A stretch of 63,298 nucleotides of DNA, the filler included, from Neolecta irregularis DAH-3 (taxonomy: Eukaryota): NCBI GenBank assembly GCA_001929475.1. It is 4 parts of 4 records of this genome, joined end to end, with 100 filler letters (N's around TTAATTAATTAA, not from the genome) between each part and the next. Parts side by side here need not be neighbours in the genome. Positions count along the whole stretch, not along the records: positions 1 to 31,818 come from LXFE01004042.1; 3 more parts are not named here. One strand, 5' to 3'. A model generated the notes under the pieces. It worked only from the letters and a program-made list of their open reading frames with translations. It did not search any database and was not told the DNA's origin. This document shows positions 13,354 through 25,804 of the stretch, piece after piece; the stretch's first letter is position 1, and each line of letters opens with the position of its first letter. The position numbers and the translations under genes are program-made.

Positions 13354-14577
13354 CTAATTGGCGTCGGTCCGGTGAACGCTGTCGATATGTCTAGTTAAAT
13401 CATACTGTCTTGAAAAGCGCCATGGACAACTCTTGTACAAACACTGTATTTTCTTCCCGAGAGATTCATATCCCACCCCCGTTAATTGACCAACTATATC
13501 CAACGTCATAGTGCCCCTGTTTTTATCACTTTGGGGCTGGGTGGGAACGGAATGAATAGTATGGGACCGTTGAATATGGTTGTCCAGCAGCTTTTTGTAA
13601 CCAAATGCGCGGGAACAGTTTTCAAACGGACATGTGAATGGTTTTGCTTTCTCGTGGACGGCTTGAATATGTGTTTTTAATGCATGTGGCTGGACAATTA
13701 GATGTACTAATATCATGGAAAATACCCTTGTGAAGCTCTTTGGACAGTTTATCATCGGACATTTATGAATTCTGCGATCGTCGAGAAAACTTTCATGGAC
13801 TGGAAAATGTTTGGCCAAGCGGCGATAACTGGCGAATAGTTTGCCGCATTCAATACATTTTGGCGGATGAGAATCAAGGATGTGGTCTTGGAGTTCATGT
13901 TGGCTATGGAAACCATCTGTCAGGGTACAGTTGTCGTGTAGACACAAGTATCGGGGTACCACTGGATGAGCGGCAACCATATGGTTATTTAATTTCCATT
14001 TTGTAGAAAACGATTTATTGCAGTCGGTGGATGTACAGTGGTACGGTTTGACATGCGTATGCGAATTCGAAATATGGTTTCGTAATTGATCTTGTTTTCG
14101 AAAAGCTTCGGCACACGGCGGATACTCGAGACACTAAAAAAGATTATGTCTCTTTTGGCAATAAATAAATATATATACCCGAAACGGACGAGTTTCAAAG
14201 TGGAGTCCTTGATGCCGTTTGAGATGTTGGTTTGTACGGAATGCTTCGGTACAGTCGTTGATTCGACATGGATAGGGACGTTCTTGGGTATGTGAACGTA
14301 CATGTGCTTTCAAGTGTGCCGCGCGTAGAAATGCTTTATCGCAGTTTTCCCAATCGCAAACAAACGGACGCTGCCTATTAATTTTGACCAAAAATGAAGT
14401 ATACCTGTCCTGTGTGCGATCTTTGGTGTTCTTCAAGGCGACAGGGTCGGGTATAGGCCTTTCCGCAACCTTCATATTGACAGAAATATGATTTTTCACG
14501 AGGTTTACCTGTTTGTTAGCCTACATGTGAGAGTAACTACCTTGGGAAGGGACCTGCAGCAGATTTAAGGATGGCAT
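13354..14577 (-). CDS. PZF1: Transcription factor IIIA (nine C2H2 zinc fingers)
   Basis: Spliced translation gives 8 tandem C2H2 fingers, a long spacer and a 9th finger (CLYKSCPWRFSRQYDLTRHIDSVH), the fungal TFIIIA layout. Confidence 0.85.
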
Positions 14578-14675
14578 AGGAGAAGCGGGGCGTAAAATAA
14601 TCTTGGACACACGTGCGAGGTTAAAAAACTTTGGTAGCGCAGGCACGTGTAGCCACCGACCCGACCACCTGCGAG

Positions 14676-15174
14676 ATGTCTGACGATGGCGACGATGGGT
14701 ATGTTTATAGTCAAGTTATACTAAAAGACAGATTCAACGACCGGTTCGAGGATACACTGCCAGAGGAGGAGTTTGACCCGCCTCCAGTGGAAGATGAGCT
14801 TGAAGGGGAGCAGGCGAACGGGGTGAACGGGACCAGTCAAGTTCTTGGGCAGGATGCAGTGAAAAGAAATCTATTTGCCAACAACAAGGGAAAGGCTGTG
14901 CCGGAGAACGAGAGACAGACTACGCCGTACATGACGAAGTACGAACGGGCAAGAATACTTGGCACACGGGCACTTCAGATCAGGTATCGTGCCGATTGTG
15001 TGTCTCCTGCTTAGTGCCAGTATGAATGCGCCAGTGCTGGTGGATCTCGAAGGAGAGACAGACCCGCTGCAGATTGCAATGAAGGAGTTGTCGCAGAAGA
15101 AGATCCCGCTGATTGTTCGGAGGTATCTTCCAGATGGAAGCTATGAGGATTTCCGGGTGTCAGAGCTGCTGTGA
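14676..15174 (+). CDS. RPB6: RNA polymerase I/II/III shared subunit RPABC2
   Basis: [62 protein letters not shown]. Confidence 0.97.
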
Positions 15175-15220
15175 TGTGTATGAAAAGAGGTGTATTATGT
15201 ATAGGGTCATGCATTGGGGT

Positions 15221-15766
15221 TCAGGGGTCGTTACCTTCGGAACCAGCCAAGATGTCTACAAAGCTTCTATAATGAAAGGTGTGTTTACGGCTTTTGAGAT
15301 CTGCGAACTGCGCAAGGGCAGCATCGACGTCGGACGGCGTCATTCTGTTGCCCTCGTTGATCAGGGCGTCCTTGAGATCAGCGAGATCCGCCTTTCCTGA
15401 GTCGGAGTCGTCAAACGCGGCGAATGCGTTGAGGAGGTTGTCGCGGGCGGAGAGATGTGAGAGATGGGCGGACATGGCAGTGAGATAGGCGGCAAAGTTG
15501 ACAGGAGACGGGAGGAGTGAAAGCATGGAGTTTAGCTCATTGTCGGTCGGGGAATGGCCTGGTTGAATATAAGCAGGGGCAACGAAGGAGGGCTAACCGA
15601 GAGACGAGAGAATCTGGCGCAGATCTGCAAACGAGATGATGCCATCTGCGTCCTTGTCGATGCAGTGAAATGCCTCGCGCAGCTGTTGCAATTGAGGTGC
15701 TGCAAGTGCAACTGCACGCTGGGGAAGTGCAGGCAGCGAGCGGGACGCAGTGTTGATGTTGGTCAT
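15221..15766 (-). CDS. rlc1: Myosin II regulatory light chain-like EF-hand protein
   Basis: QLQQLREAFHCIDKDADGIISFADL, VNFAAYLTAM, LLNAFAAFDDSDSG. Confidence 0.75.
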
Positions 15767-16212
15767 TGTGATGTTTGGAGGTTCCCTTTCAGATAAACAC
15801 TGCATATATGCCATCATTCAAGCATCTATTACTCGCAGAAGAACTCTATATCGCACGCAGGAGTTTCTAGAAAATTAAGTTTCTGATCCTTGTTATTGAC
15901 ACATCCCGTCAACTATCATGCAAGCATCCTCCATGTAAAGAAACCTCCATATCAACTATATTTGGATCCAATATCTATGACTTCAATTGTCAAATGTAGC
16001 ATTGCTGATTCCTTGCTAGTCCTCAAATTTATCGTAGAAAGGTGCCCAGCGTATATGCCATGCGCTCTCGGCAAACGCGAAAATGAGTTGGCAATAGATC
16101 CGCCAATACACCTAGTAATGTTTTTGCCTGGACTGTAAAGAGCTACAGGGAAAAATGGTGCGCATTTTTATACAGACAAATAGCCCTTAATTAGCCCCAG
16201 GAGGACGTCATC

Positions 16213-16230
16213 GAAGATTCTCGAATTTTC
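16213..16230 (+). promoter_or_regulatory. Perfect four-unit heat shock element upstream of HSP90
   Basis: GAAgaTTCtcGAAttTTC, followed by TATA-like CATATAA at 16254-16260. Confidence 0.9.
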
Positions 16231-16306
16231 TCTGAAACTCTCTCGCCAGACCACATATAATGCACCACCAATCCCTTTTCCTCCCAATACCATCTTTGTC
16301 TTCACC

Positions 16307-18719
16307 ATGTCTGAAAAACAAGAAAATGCTGAAGTCTTTGCCTTTCAGGCCGAAATCAATCAGCTCATGTCGCTGATTGTATATCGTCTTTGACTAACCC
16401 TCTAATCGCAAGGTTAACACTGTTTACTCCAACAAAGAAATCTTTCTCAGAGAGTTGATCTCAAACGCCTCAGATGCTCTCGACAAGATCAGATACCAGT
16501 CTCTCTCTGACAAATCCCTCCTCGAATCGGAACCAGAGCTCTATGTTCGTATCATTCCTAACAAGGAAAATAAAGTTCTGTGCATTCGTGATACCGGTAT
16601 CGGTATGCCATCCTCTTGGATTTACATTCGACTAATCTTGTAAAGGCATGACCAAAGCTGATTTGGTCAACAACCTCGGAACCATCGCCAAGTCTGGCAC
16701 CAAGGCGTTTATGGAAGCCGCCATGTCTGGTGCCGACATTTCTATGATTGGTACTGCCTCGCCTTCACACATCCTCACACATAGGTCAATTCGGTGTTGG
16801 CTTCTACTCGGCCTACCTTGTCGCAGACAAGGTACAAGTCATCTCAAAACACAACGATGACGAACAATACATTTGGGAGTCTGCTGCTGGAGGAAGCTTC
16901 ACTATCACTCTCGACACAGTCAATCCTCCCCTGAAGCGTGGTACTGAAGTTCGACTTTACATGAAAGAGGATCACATTGAATTCCTCGAGGAGAAGAAGG
17001 TATACTGTCATCCGCATGTGCACGCTCATTATGCTAGATCAAAGATATCGTCAAGAAACACTCCGAGTTCATCAGCTACCCAATCCAGCTCGTTGTTACT
17101 AAAGAAGTCGAAAAAGAAGTTCCCGCAGACGATGAAGAGAGCATCGAAACTGAAGGCGAAGATAAAAAGGCCAAGATCGAAGAGGTCGATGATGAAAGTG
17201 AAGAAAAGAAGAAAAAGCCGACCAAGAAAATCAAGGAAACCACAACTGATACGGAAGAGCTGAACAAAATGAAGCCTTTATGGTACGTGTCCATTCCACA
17301 CCGTGTTTAATATGTAGGGCACGAGCTCCAGCTGATATCTCTCAGGAGGAATACGCCAGTTTCTACAAGTCTATCTCCAACGATTGGGAAGATCATCTTG
17401 CAGTCAAGCACTTCTCCGTAGAAGGCCAGCTCGAATTCCGAGCTCTCCTCTTTATTCCTAAGCGAGCTCCCTTTGACCTTTTCGAGCAAAAGAAGAAGAA
17501 GAATAACATCAAGCTCTATGTTCGTCGAGTTTTCATCACTGATGACTGCGAGGACCTCATCCCCGAATGGCTCAGCTTTGTCAAGGGTGTTGTCGACTCG
17601 GAAGATCTCCCCCTCAACCTTTCTCGAGAAAGTATGTCAATTTATCATTTCATATTTAACATTACTAGTGCTTCAACAAAACAAGATTCTCAAGGTCATC
17701 AGAAAGAACATTGTCAAAAAGACTCTCGAGATGTTCTTCGAAATTGCTGAAGACAAGGAAAACTTCAACAAGTTTTATGAAGCCTTTTCTAAGAATATTA
17801 AACTCGGCATCCACGAAGATTCGCAGAACCGAAATAAACTCTCAGAGCTCCTTCGATACCACTCTACTAAATCTGAAGAAATCACTTCGCTAAAGGATTA
17901 TGTTACCAGAATGCCGGAAATCCAAAAAAACATTTATTACATTACTGGAGAATCTCTATCTCAAGTCCGGACCTCTCCGTTCCTCGAAATCTTCAAAAAG
18001 AAGGATTTCGAAGTGTTGTTTCTAGTTGATCCTATCGATGAATATTCCGTTCAACAATTGAAAGAATTTGAGGGCAAGAAACTTGTGAATATCACAAAGG
18101 AGGGTCTAGAACTCGAGCAGAGCGAAGAAGAAAAGGCTAAATTCGAACAAGAGAAACAAGCTTATGAAGATTTGTCCAAGGTTTGCAAGGAGATACTCGG
18201 CGACAAGGTTGAAAAAGTTGTCGTCTCGCAAAAGGCTGTCGACTCTCCTACTGTCTTGTCTACCAGTCAATTCGGATGGTCGGCCAACATGGAGCGGTAA
18301 ATCCTCATAAAATGAGTTTTCGCCAACTGTTTAGAATAATGAAGGCTCAAGCGCTCCGCGATTCGAGTATGTCCTCGTACATGGCATCAAAGAAAACGCT
18401 TGAACTCAACCCTAACCATCCAATTATCAAGGAACTGAAGAACAAAGTTGCTGCTGACAAAAATGACAAGACTATTAAAGATCTTGTCACTCTCCTCTAT
18501 GAGACTTCGCTTTTGACTTCTGGGTTTACACTTGACGATCCAGCTGTGTTTGCCGGTAGAATTGTTCGGCTCATTTCACTTGGGCTGTCGATTGGTATGT
18601 GATCAGTCATATTGCTGACGCTGATATCAGATGAAGAAGTTGTTCCGAACGAGGAGGAGAAAATTGAAGAAATTAGCACTGAAGACGCTAAACGTTCTAA
18701 AATGGAGGAGGTTGACTAA
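16307..18719 (+). CDS. HSP90: Cytosolic Hsp90 chaperone, multi-exon
   Basis: [60 protein letters not shown]-terminal MEEVD*. Confidence 0.99.
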
Positions 18720-18817
18720 TTGAATGTTAATTTTCCTCTGTTGTCTCTCTGTTCATTATGTTCGTAGATGGGTTGTCTAGATAGTGAAAAGTGCATCTTT
18801 CTGCCGCTTGTTGAACA

Positions 18818-19805
18818 TTATTTCTTTTCTTTCACTTCACTTGCCTCACGTTTCTCCAACACTTTATCTATCAGTCCCAATTCTAGAGCTTCCTCTGGGA
18901 CCATAAAATAATCCCGTTCCATCCATTTTTCTCGCAATCAGCAGTGTATCGGGCAACAAGGTACCTATTTCAGCCAATTCGTGACTTTTACTAGCATGTT
19001 TTTGATAAATCTTATTAAGCCGTTCTCGAGTCCTCAATATCTCTTTAGCGTGGATTGCAATATCACTAAAAATGGTTAAACCGAGAAATAATTTAAACAA
19101 ACCTAGCTTGTCCCGAATATCCCCCAGAAGGCTGATGGATCATAATACTAAACTCAATCATTTATAGGTGTATGTGCACATACCTTGCATTTGGCAAAGC
19201 GAATCGCTGGCCCGGTGTCCCTGCAACCAAAAGAAGACTTGCCATAGACGCAGCCTGACCAATACATAAAGTCGACACGGGAGATTGAATATACTGCATC
19301 GTATCATACAACGCCATTCCTCAACGTCAGTCTAACCGCACAGAAGATTAAGTATACCAGCAGTCACACTTCCTCCAGGAGAATTGATATAAAGGTAAAT
19401 AAGTTTCTCCGGATCCTGCGATTCCAGAAAAAGTAACTGGGCAACAACCACTGCTGATAAGCCATCGTGGATCTACAATTAACTATTGGAAAAACGTTTA
19501 GTCTGGATACAGGTCCATTTAACACTATTATCCGTTCTTTAAGCAATCTAAGAAAAGTCAAGTGAATGATTAACGAAGAATTGATACCGACTGAATATAT
19601 CAAAACTATTTATCGACCGGCCTGTTTGTTCGATGACAAAAGGAACAGGAATATCTGCTGTCACAGATTCGAATTGATTTCCAGCAGTACAAGACGACGA
19701 TGACAATGATAGGGGTGGTGCAACAGTATACATGAATCCCCTGGTCTTTCCATGTCCCGCACACGATTTAGAAAACGAGACTAGTACTCGACGACCAAGA
19801 AACAT
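18818..19805 (-). CDS. clpP: Mitochondrial ClpP protease proteolytic subunit
   Basis: [58 protein letters not shown]. Confidence 0.92.
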
Positions 19806-19907
19806 TGCGCGGTATCGTGAAAACGTTGAATCTAGGTCGCAACCAAGTTATAGTCACGTGCGACGCGGTTGGAATAACTAGTGTCGGCATCTCTCGACGT
19901 TCGAGAC

Positions 19908-20235
19908 ATGAAGAGTTTGAGGTATCAAGTTATCAATGTATATAAACAGGTATGCGAGAGATATATTTTCTTAAACTGATTAAGGCAGTTGTTGTTTCTA
20001 GGTAGGGATTGGCATCAAGGATATGATGTTTTTCGAGCAAGATTGAAACGATCGTTTCAATCAAAGAGTGGCCTCACCGATGAAGCAGATATACGGAAAG
20101 CATTGGAAAAAGCAGAGTACGTAAAGAAAGGTGTGTGCTCAAAACACAGACTGAATTTTCATCATTCTAGAAATTGAGACCCTGTATTATTTGAAACGGT
20201 ATCGTCATCTCAAGCAAATTTATGGGCTCGGGTAA
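19908..20235 (+). CDS. LYR-motif protein (LYRM5/ETFRF1-like)
   Basis: LRYQVINVYKQ/LLFLGRDW..GYD.FR.RLK..F, AEYVKK/EIETLYYLKRYR. Confidence 0.85.
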
Positions 20236-20309
20236 TACAAGTACCTAGTCATGAATAAAATCAAGTCACATTAAAAATCTCATAACAGTAGAGGACCTTT
20301 CCTACCTAC

Positions 20310-21983
20310 TCAATATTCATCTTCCTCCTCGGGTTGAGCGGATTCCTGGGCGACTTCTTCGTAATCCCTCTCTAGGGCAGCAAGATCTAAAGAATTGACA
20401 AGAGAACAATCAGTTCAGACATACCTTCACGAGCTTCAGAGAACTCACCTTCTTCCATACCTTCACCGACGTACCAGTGAACAAAAGCTCGCTTAGCATA
20501 CATAATATCGAATTTCCGATCCAATCGTGCCCATGCTTCGCCAATAGCGGTAGTATTAGCACTTGAAGATCAGTAACTGGAATTCTTTTGGTAAATACAG
20601 CATAGTGACTTGACGATCAACCACAGCAAGATCGCCGCCTGGCACAGGAACCGGTTTTTGATAATTAATGCCAACTTTGAATCCAGTCGGACACCAATCG
20701 ACAAACTGAACGGTTCGTCGAGACCTGATGCTTGCTATAGCTGCATTAGTGTCCTTTGGAACAACGTCTCCACGATAGAGAAGAGCGCAAGCCATGTAGT
20801 AACCCTATCAAGTTAGGCAAACTATGCATGAAGATGCTACATTTCGTGGATCACAAGCAACCAATTGACTTTGAGTTTCGAAGCACTGATAAGTGATATC
20901 TTGAACATGATGGGCTTCGTGGGATGCTTTTGCTTTGGAAACAATTGGACTCATAGCCATACAAGGGAAATGAACCCTGGCAAAGGGAACCAAGTTCACC
21001 TGGAATTCGTTAAGATCGACATTGAGACTTCCATCGAATCGTAGGGAAGCAGTAATACTTGACACGACTGTATATTAAAAGTGCAATGTCGTGGCAGCAT
21101 ACCCTGAGCTACCAATCGGTTGAGCTGAACATAACCTGGATGCGCAATGTCCAAGTTCTTCTTGGCGATATTATAAATGGCCTCGTTGTCAACCATAAAG
21201 GTACAGTCACTATGAGTCAAAGTAGAATGTGTTGTCAAAACAGCATTATAAGGTTCCACGACGCTAGCTGAAACTTTTGGGGCGGGATATACTGCAAATT
21301 GAAGTTTAGACTTTTTGCCATAGTCGAGTGCAAGACGTTCGAGCAAGAGAGCACCAGTGCCTGAACCACACCCGCCACCAAAAGAGTTGAAAACCATAAA
21401 TCCTTGTAGACCACTACATGCATCCACGACTCTACGAATGCGGTCCATTACGATATCGATTATTTCTCTGCCGACGGTATAATGGCCACGAGCATCTGAA
21501 GAGTAAGAATTATAAAACAGGAGTATACAATTGTTTGCAGCATCCTCTTTTCCCGAGATGAGTTGTTCAGGGTGGAAAAGCTGTCTATAAGGGCCGGTGC
21601 GAATTTCATCAATGACACTAGGATCAAGATCGAGGTAAATTGCTCTGTAATCAGATGGATCTTGCAACAAACAAACCGCGGGACGTATTTTCCGTTTCCT
21701 GTGATTAGCTGGAAAGATGAAATAAGATGTACCTGTTTCAGAAAAGAAAGTGCTGAAAGAACCATTTGATTCAGCAGAGGCATCAGAGACACGTCCATCT
21801 ACCTGTAAAGTTAAAAGCAATAAGATAAGTGTATATACCCCGAGACCATGTTCGAGACAATAAAGCTACAATTGGAAGTCATCCCATCTGTATCCAGCCC
21901 AAAGGAGAAAAGGTTACCTCCCAGCAAGAGTTACCCAGTTGGCAACCCGCCTGACCAATGTGTATACTAACGACTTCTCTCAT
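20310..21983 (-). CDS. Alpha-tubulin, divergent isotype
   Basis: [62 protein letters not shown]-terminal EEEDEY*. Confidence 0.95.
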
Positions 21984-22585
21984 GATAACTCGTGCTCAAG
22001 ATGGATTTATGCGGTGATGACACAAGTTGGATGGTTGAGTAAAAGATAGGGGACATTCACACGTCCACTTTTATCTAACTTGTCGACCGCCATCTTTATT
22101 TTCGGATTTAGCTAATTAACATAGCATGGGAGAGATGATTAATATATGTCTGTTGTGATTTAATGTAGGCGTATTATCTATGAATGTGGATACTGCATGG
22201 TGAGTGATATGCTAGAATACAGTTTTAGCTGATAAACGAATTAAATACTATATATTCATCACATCAATAACCCATCATATCAATCATTTATCACATCAAT
22301 CAGTCATCACATAGGCATTCATCAATTATCACATAATCATTCTTCACATCAATTGAATTTTCACATACAGCAATAGTACTTTTTGAAACTGTATTGTCCA
22401 GCGTAATACAACATGCAATATAAACAGTAGCAAAAAAGAATCAGAGCCGTCCAATGTTTCCCTCCATAAATAATAATTGAGAAGAATATCAATTTAGCAA
22501 GAGTTGTATAATATGAAGCATAGGTACGCGCTCGAACAAGATTCAACTTTGGGGAACAGACAACTTTTTGGAATCTAGTGATGGA

Positions 22586-23587
22586 TTAGGCACGGCGGAT
22601 GTTCCAGAGGACTGTGACTATTTCTTTGACTGTGGAGATCACGTCGAATGCGCTTTCTATCCAGCCTATGGGAGGGTCTTCATCTATATCGATCCATTCT
22701 ACGGGAAAGTCTTGGAACAAAGCGGCTGGATGGTCCTGGAACAATGCGGCTGGATAGTCTTGCGAGTCCATGTCCACCAGAGGATCAGGCTGGTGATCCT
22801 CCTCTGCGTACCAGGGGTGGTCTTCGAAAAAGGCCAAGCGCGGCCGGGGTGTTTCTGGGGAGTGGATGTCCTTCAGGCGGGTTGAGGGGAGTTTTGCGAT
22901 GATTGTGTTGTGGTCATCCTTGCAGTCGAGGGCGATGCACTGCTCTACGCGGTCGTTGAAGTGGATGTGCTTGCGGGGGCTGGGCGTCTGGGAGCCGCTG
23001 GTGAGGGTGGAGGCGAGGTCGGAGGGGGCAAGGGAGTCTGCGGAGGGCCGCCGGTCGAGGAGGGCCGTGGCGGCCAGGTTGGTGGCAGACGCATACTGGC
23101 GCAGGCCGAGGGCGGCGAAAGACTTTTTGAGGATCGGCTTCGGGCGGCGGAACTGGCGGACGACGAAAGCCGGCTCCGGATCGAACCGCTTGCCGGGGCT
23201 GAACAGCGGGCCGTACAGCCAGGTGACGTCATGGTCCTTCAGCCTGGGGTTAGCGGGCTACAGACACGGCTACCAGTTGAGGGTGTGCGGGCTGACGGTG
23301 GGCAGGCTGTGGATGTGCTTTGCCCACGAGCGCCAGGCGGCGTTCTCGAGCCGCCGCGCGTTGTGGTACGCGTGCTTCTCGCTCGTTACCTGCCGCCACG
23401 CACTAGAGACGTCGCGCGTCGTCCACGGGTGCGAAAAGTAGTCGACATGGCGGCTCGGCTCCGGTCGCAGGGCCAGATCGTCGGTCGCGGGCGGGGTCGA
23501 GGGCGCGGAGGAGGACAGCGACAGCGTCGAGCAGGAGAGCACCGGGCTGAGACAGGCGAGCGGGCACCGACTGTGCTCGCTCGGCAT
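22586..23587 (-). CDS. REG1: Reg1/Hex2-like PP1 regulatory subunit (DUF1752)
   Basis: PSRHVDYFSH.W, RLENAAWRSWAK, LNW/LKDHDVTWLYGPL after a GT-AG intron, KPILKK, RKHIHFNDRVEQCIA (RVxF-like PP1 site). Confidence 0.85.
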
Positions 23588-23685
23588 GGAGTGGAGCGGT
23601 GGAGAGTGGTGTGGAGGAAAGAGTAGAGTAGCGAGTGCGGGGTAGAGTGTGGATGCGGGGTGCGTGCATCGATAGTCCACCTCAT

Positions 23686-23796
23686 ACCCCTACTAATACC
23701 ACTATTCCAAAAGTAATACCCCTACTCAACTTCCACTAATACTCAAACTTCCACTAATGCCCCCTACTCAACTTCCACTAATACCCTCTATTACCC
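23686..23796 (+). repeat. Degenerate tandem repeat (CCCCTACTCAACTTCCACTAAT-like units)
   Basis: AACTTCCACTAAT seen three times, with CCCTACT variants. Confidence 0.7.
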
Positions 23797-25338
23797 ACAC
23801 GCCAACTTTTCTGTTCCAGCCAACACGCCCCTAATATCAGCATCGACTACCATCCAGCATACATCGGATCCCACGCAGGCAGCACTACCGCCGTCCCCTC
23901 GGTCCACTCCCGCTCTATTTCCCCCGGACAGTCTTTCACCCCGCACACAATCTGGTAGCAGTACTCCGTCATCCAATCGTCAGACATCACAAAAAACCCC
24001 TTCTCGCCCCGTTCCTCCCCCCACGAGTTCTGCACCCGCCATCGCACAGCCTTGCCATCCACCACATGCACCCCCGTCAGCACCATTGCATGGCTGTTTG
24101 ACGAATCATTTGTCTGGATCCGGCTGCCCTTGTCCATCCCAAGCACCGTGTTGAACGCCAGACTATAGTCCACCAACCCCGTGTCCATAATCCCCGCCTT
24201 GCGGTCAGAACTCGCCCCCACGTCACATCCGAAAAACACTGGCTGCAGTCAGCAACAGACCTCTTCTTACGCACCCGATTAGTCTTTATCATCTCAATCG
24301 CAATGTCCTTGAGCATCTGTGCCCCAACATTGATATACGTCACACACTACCAGTCAGCTCAAATATGCCATTCCATACCCTGCCACCCCGCACATTCCCC
24401 AACCGATCAATCGTGTACTTTTTTCCATATTCGTGCCGCGGATCATTCATCAGGCTCAGTTGATCATTAATATCATAGCCACTCATCTTGTAAAAGTCCA
24501 AAGCATTCGTTTTGACAGAATGAAACACCTCGTCCTTGTCCACGTACTCCCAAGTAAACTCCTCCTGTGGCTTCGGCGGCCGTCCCAGCGCCGTAACTAA
24601 AATCCCGTAAATTTCTTGCACCATCTTGGACTTTTCTGCAGCTCTCTCGTTAGCCGCAACAACCCGCAGTATTATCGTAAACTCGCGAAGCTTGGAAGTA
24701 ACAAGTCGATTAATCATCCCGCTCATCGACGCATTAAATGAATCCGGGTACAAATACTGCGGCAAAAGACCATACTTGTTCAACAAGTTGTTGAGCATAT
24801 CATATTGTCCTCCATCCGATACTGGATCCTTGAGAAGATGCTGTACAACCCGATCATCCAGATCTCGATCTGCAAGCTCGATCATACTCTCCAAAAAATC
24901 TACAGTAAGCAGATTGCCAACCACTATCTCCTTACAATTCGCCTTTTCAAATTTGTCCCAAAAGAATAAGTACGATTGACTAAATTGAAATGTCTTGAGT
25001 TCAAACTTTCTCATCAAATCAATTCGAATAACATTCGTCATAGCAAATAGCCAACATCGTCCCGAAGCCTTTTGATCTACAACAGGAGAACCCTACTGTC
25101 ACCGCCACCCTCTGCAATTAGAAGATACCTCTATATCAATTTTATTAGAGAAAATCTGTTGTTGTTGGATGATTGAATCGCGTTGTCTGACAATTGAATT
25201 GAAATCATTGAAACACACAGCAGACATCGCCAATCTATCTTGTCAACATTGATACACTGCCACAGGAAACCTATTCTTGGCGCTGTCAAGGAAATCTTGC
25301 TCCCATTTCACGACAAGTTGTAAATCGATTTGTTCCAT
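23791..25338 (-). CDS. LAP3: Bleomycin hydrolase / cysteine aminopeptidase (peptidase C1B)
   Basis: QKASGRCWLFA, FSQSYLFFWDKFEKAN, SHAMVLTGV, WRVQNSWG, LPAWDPM. Confidence 0.95.
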
Positions 25339-25804
25339 TTGTATCAAGCGTGTGTGTAACTGGTGTGTATCGGCAGTAATCAAGGGGCAAGGCCAAAGTA
25401 GGAACCCACATTCTTTAATTTATTTACTTTTTCGTCCCGGTAAACAGGTTTATTTTTTATATCCCTGTTTTCCTCGCAAACGAAATGCAGGTTGTCGATT
25501 CGAAAGGATATCTCCGGTATACATGTCGATATCCCAGTGTTTTCAAGATATTGCATATCGTCTATGTTGATGCATTAGTTCCCAGAATGATAAGTTTGAT
25601 ATTACCGGTATGGTTATGGCAGACCAAAACCACCCACTCGCAGGCAGACGGGATCCTTCCATAATTTAATTGGTTCATGCCCAAACTAACGCGTAATCAC
25701 GTGATTATAACCTACCTGCGCAACTTTTCCACACCATTGACCTATTATACATACATTCAAGGACCCCAAAACAAAAGACTGATATACGTTCAAGTACTCG
25801 GGAA

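Noticed and set aside
22255-22355. ATCACATCAAT-type low-complexity repeats
   Set aside because: Ordinary simple-sequence intergenic DNA with no further structure seen
22866-23626. Long plus-strand ORFs (191 and 238 aa)
   Set aside because: Antisense shadows of the GC-rich REG1-like gene
23686-23796. Interstitial telomere repeat
   Set aside because: C-rich but irregular, with no consistent TTAGGG-type unit
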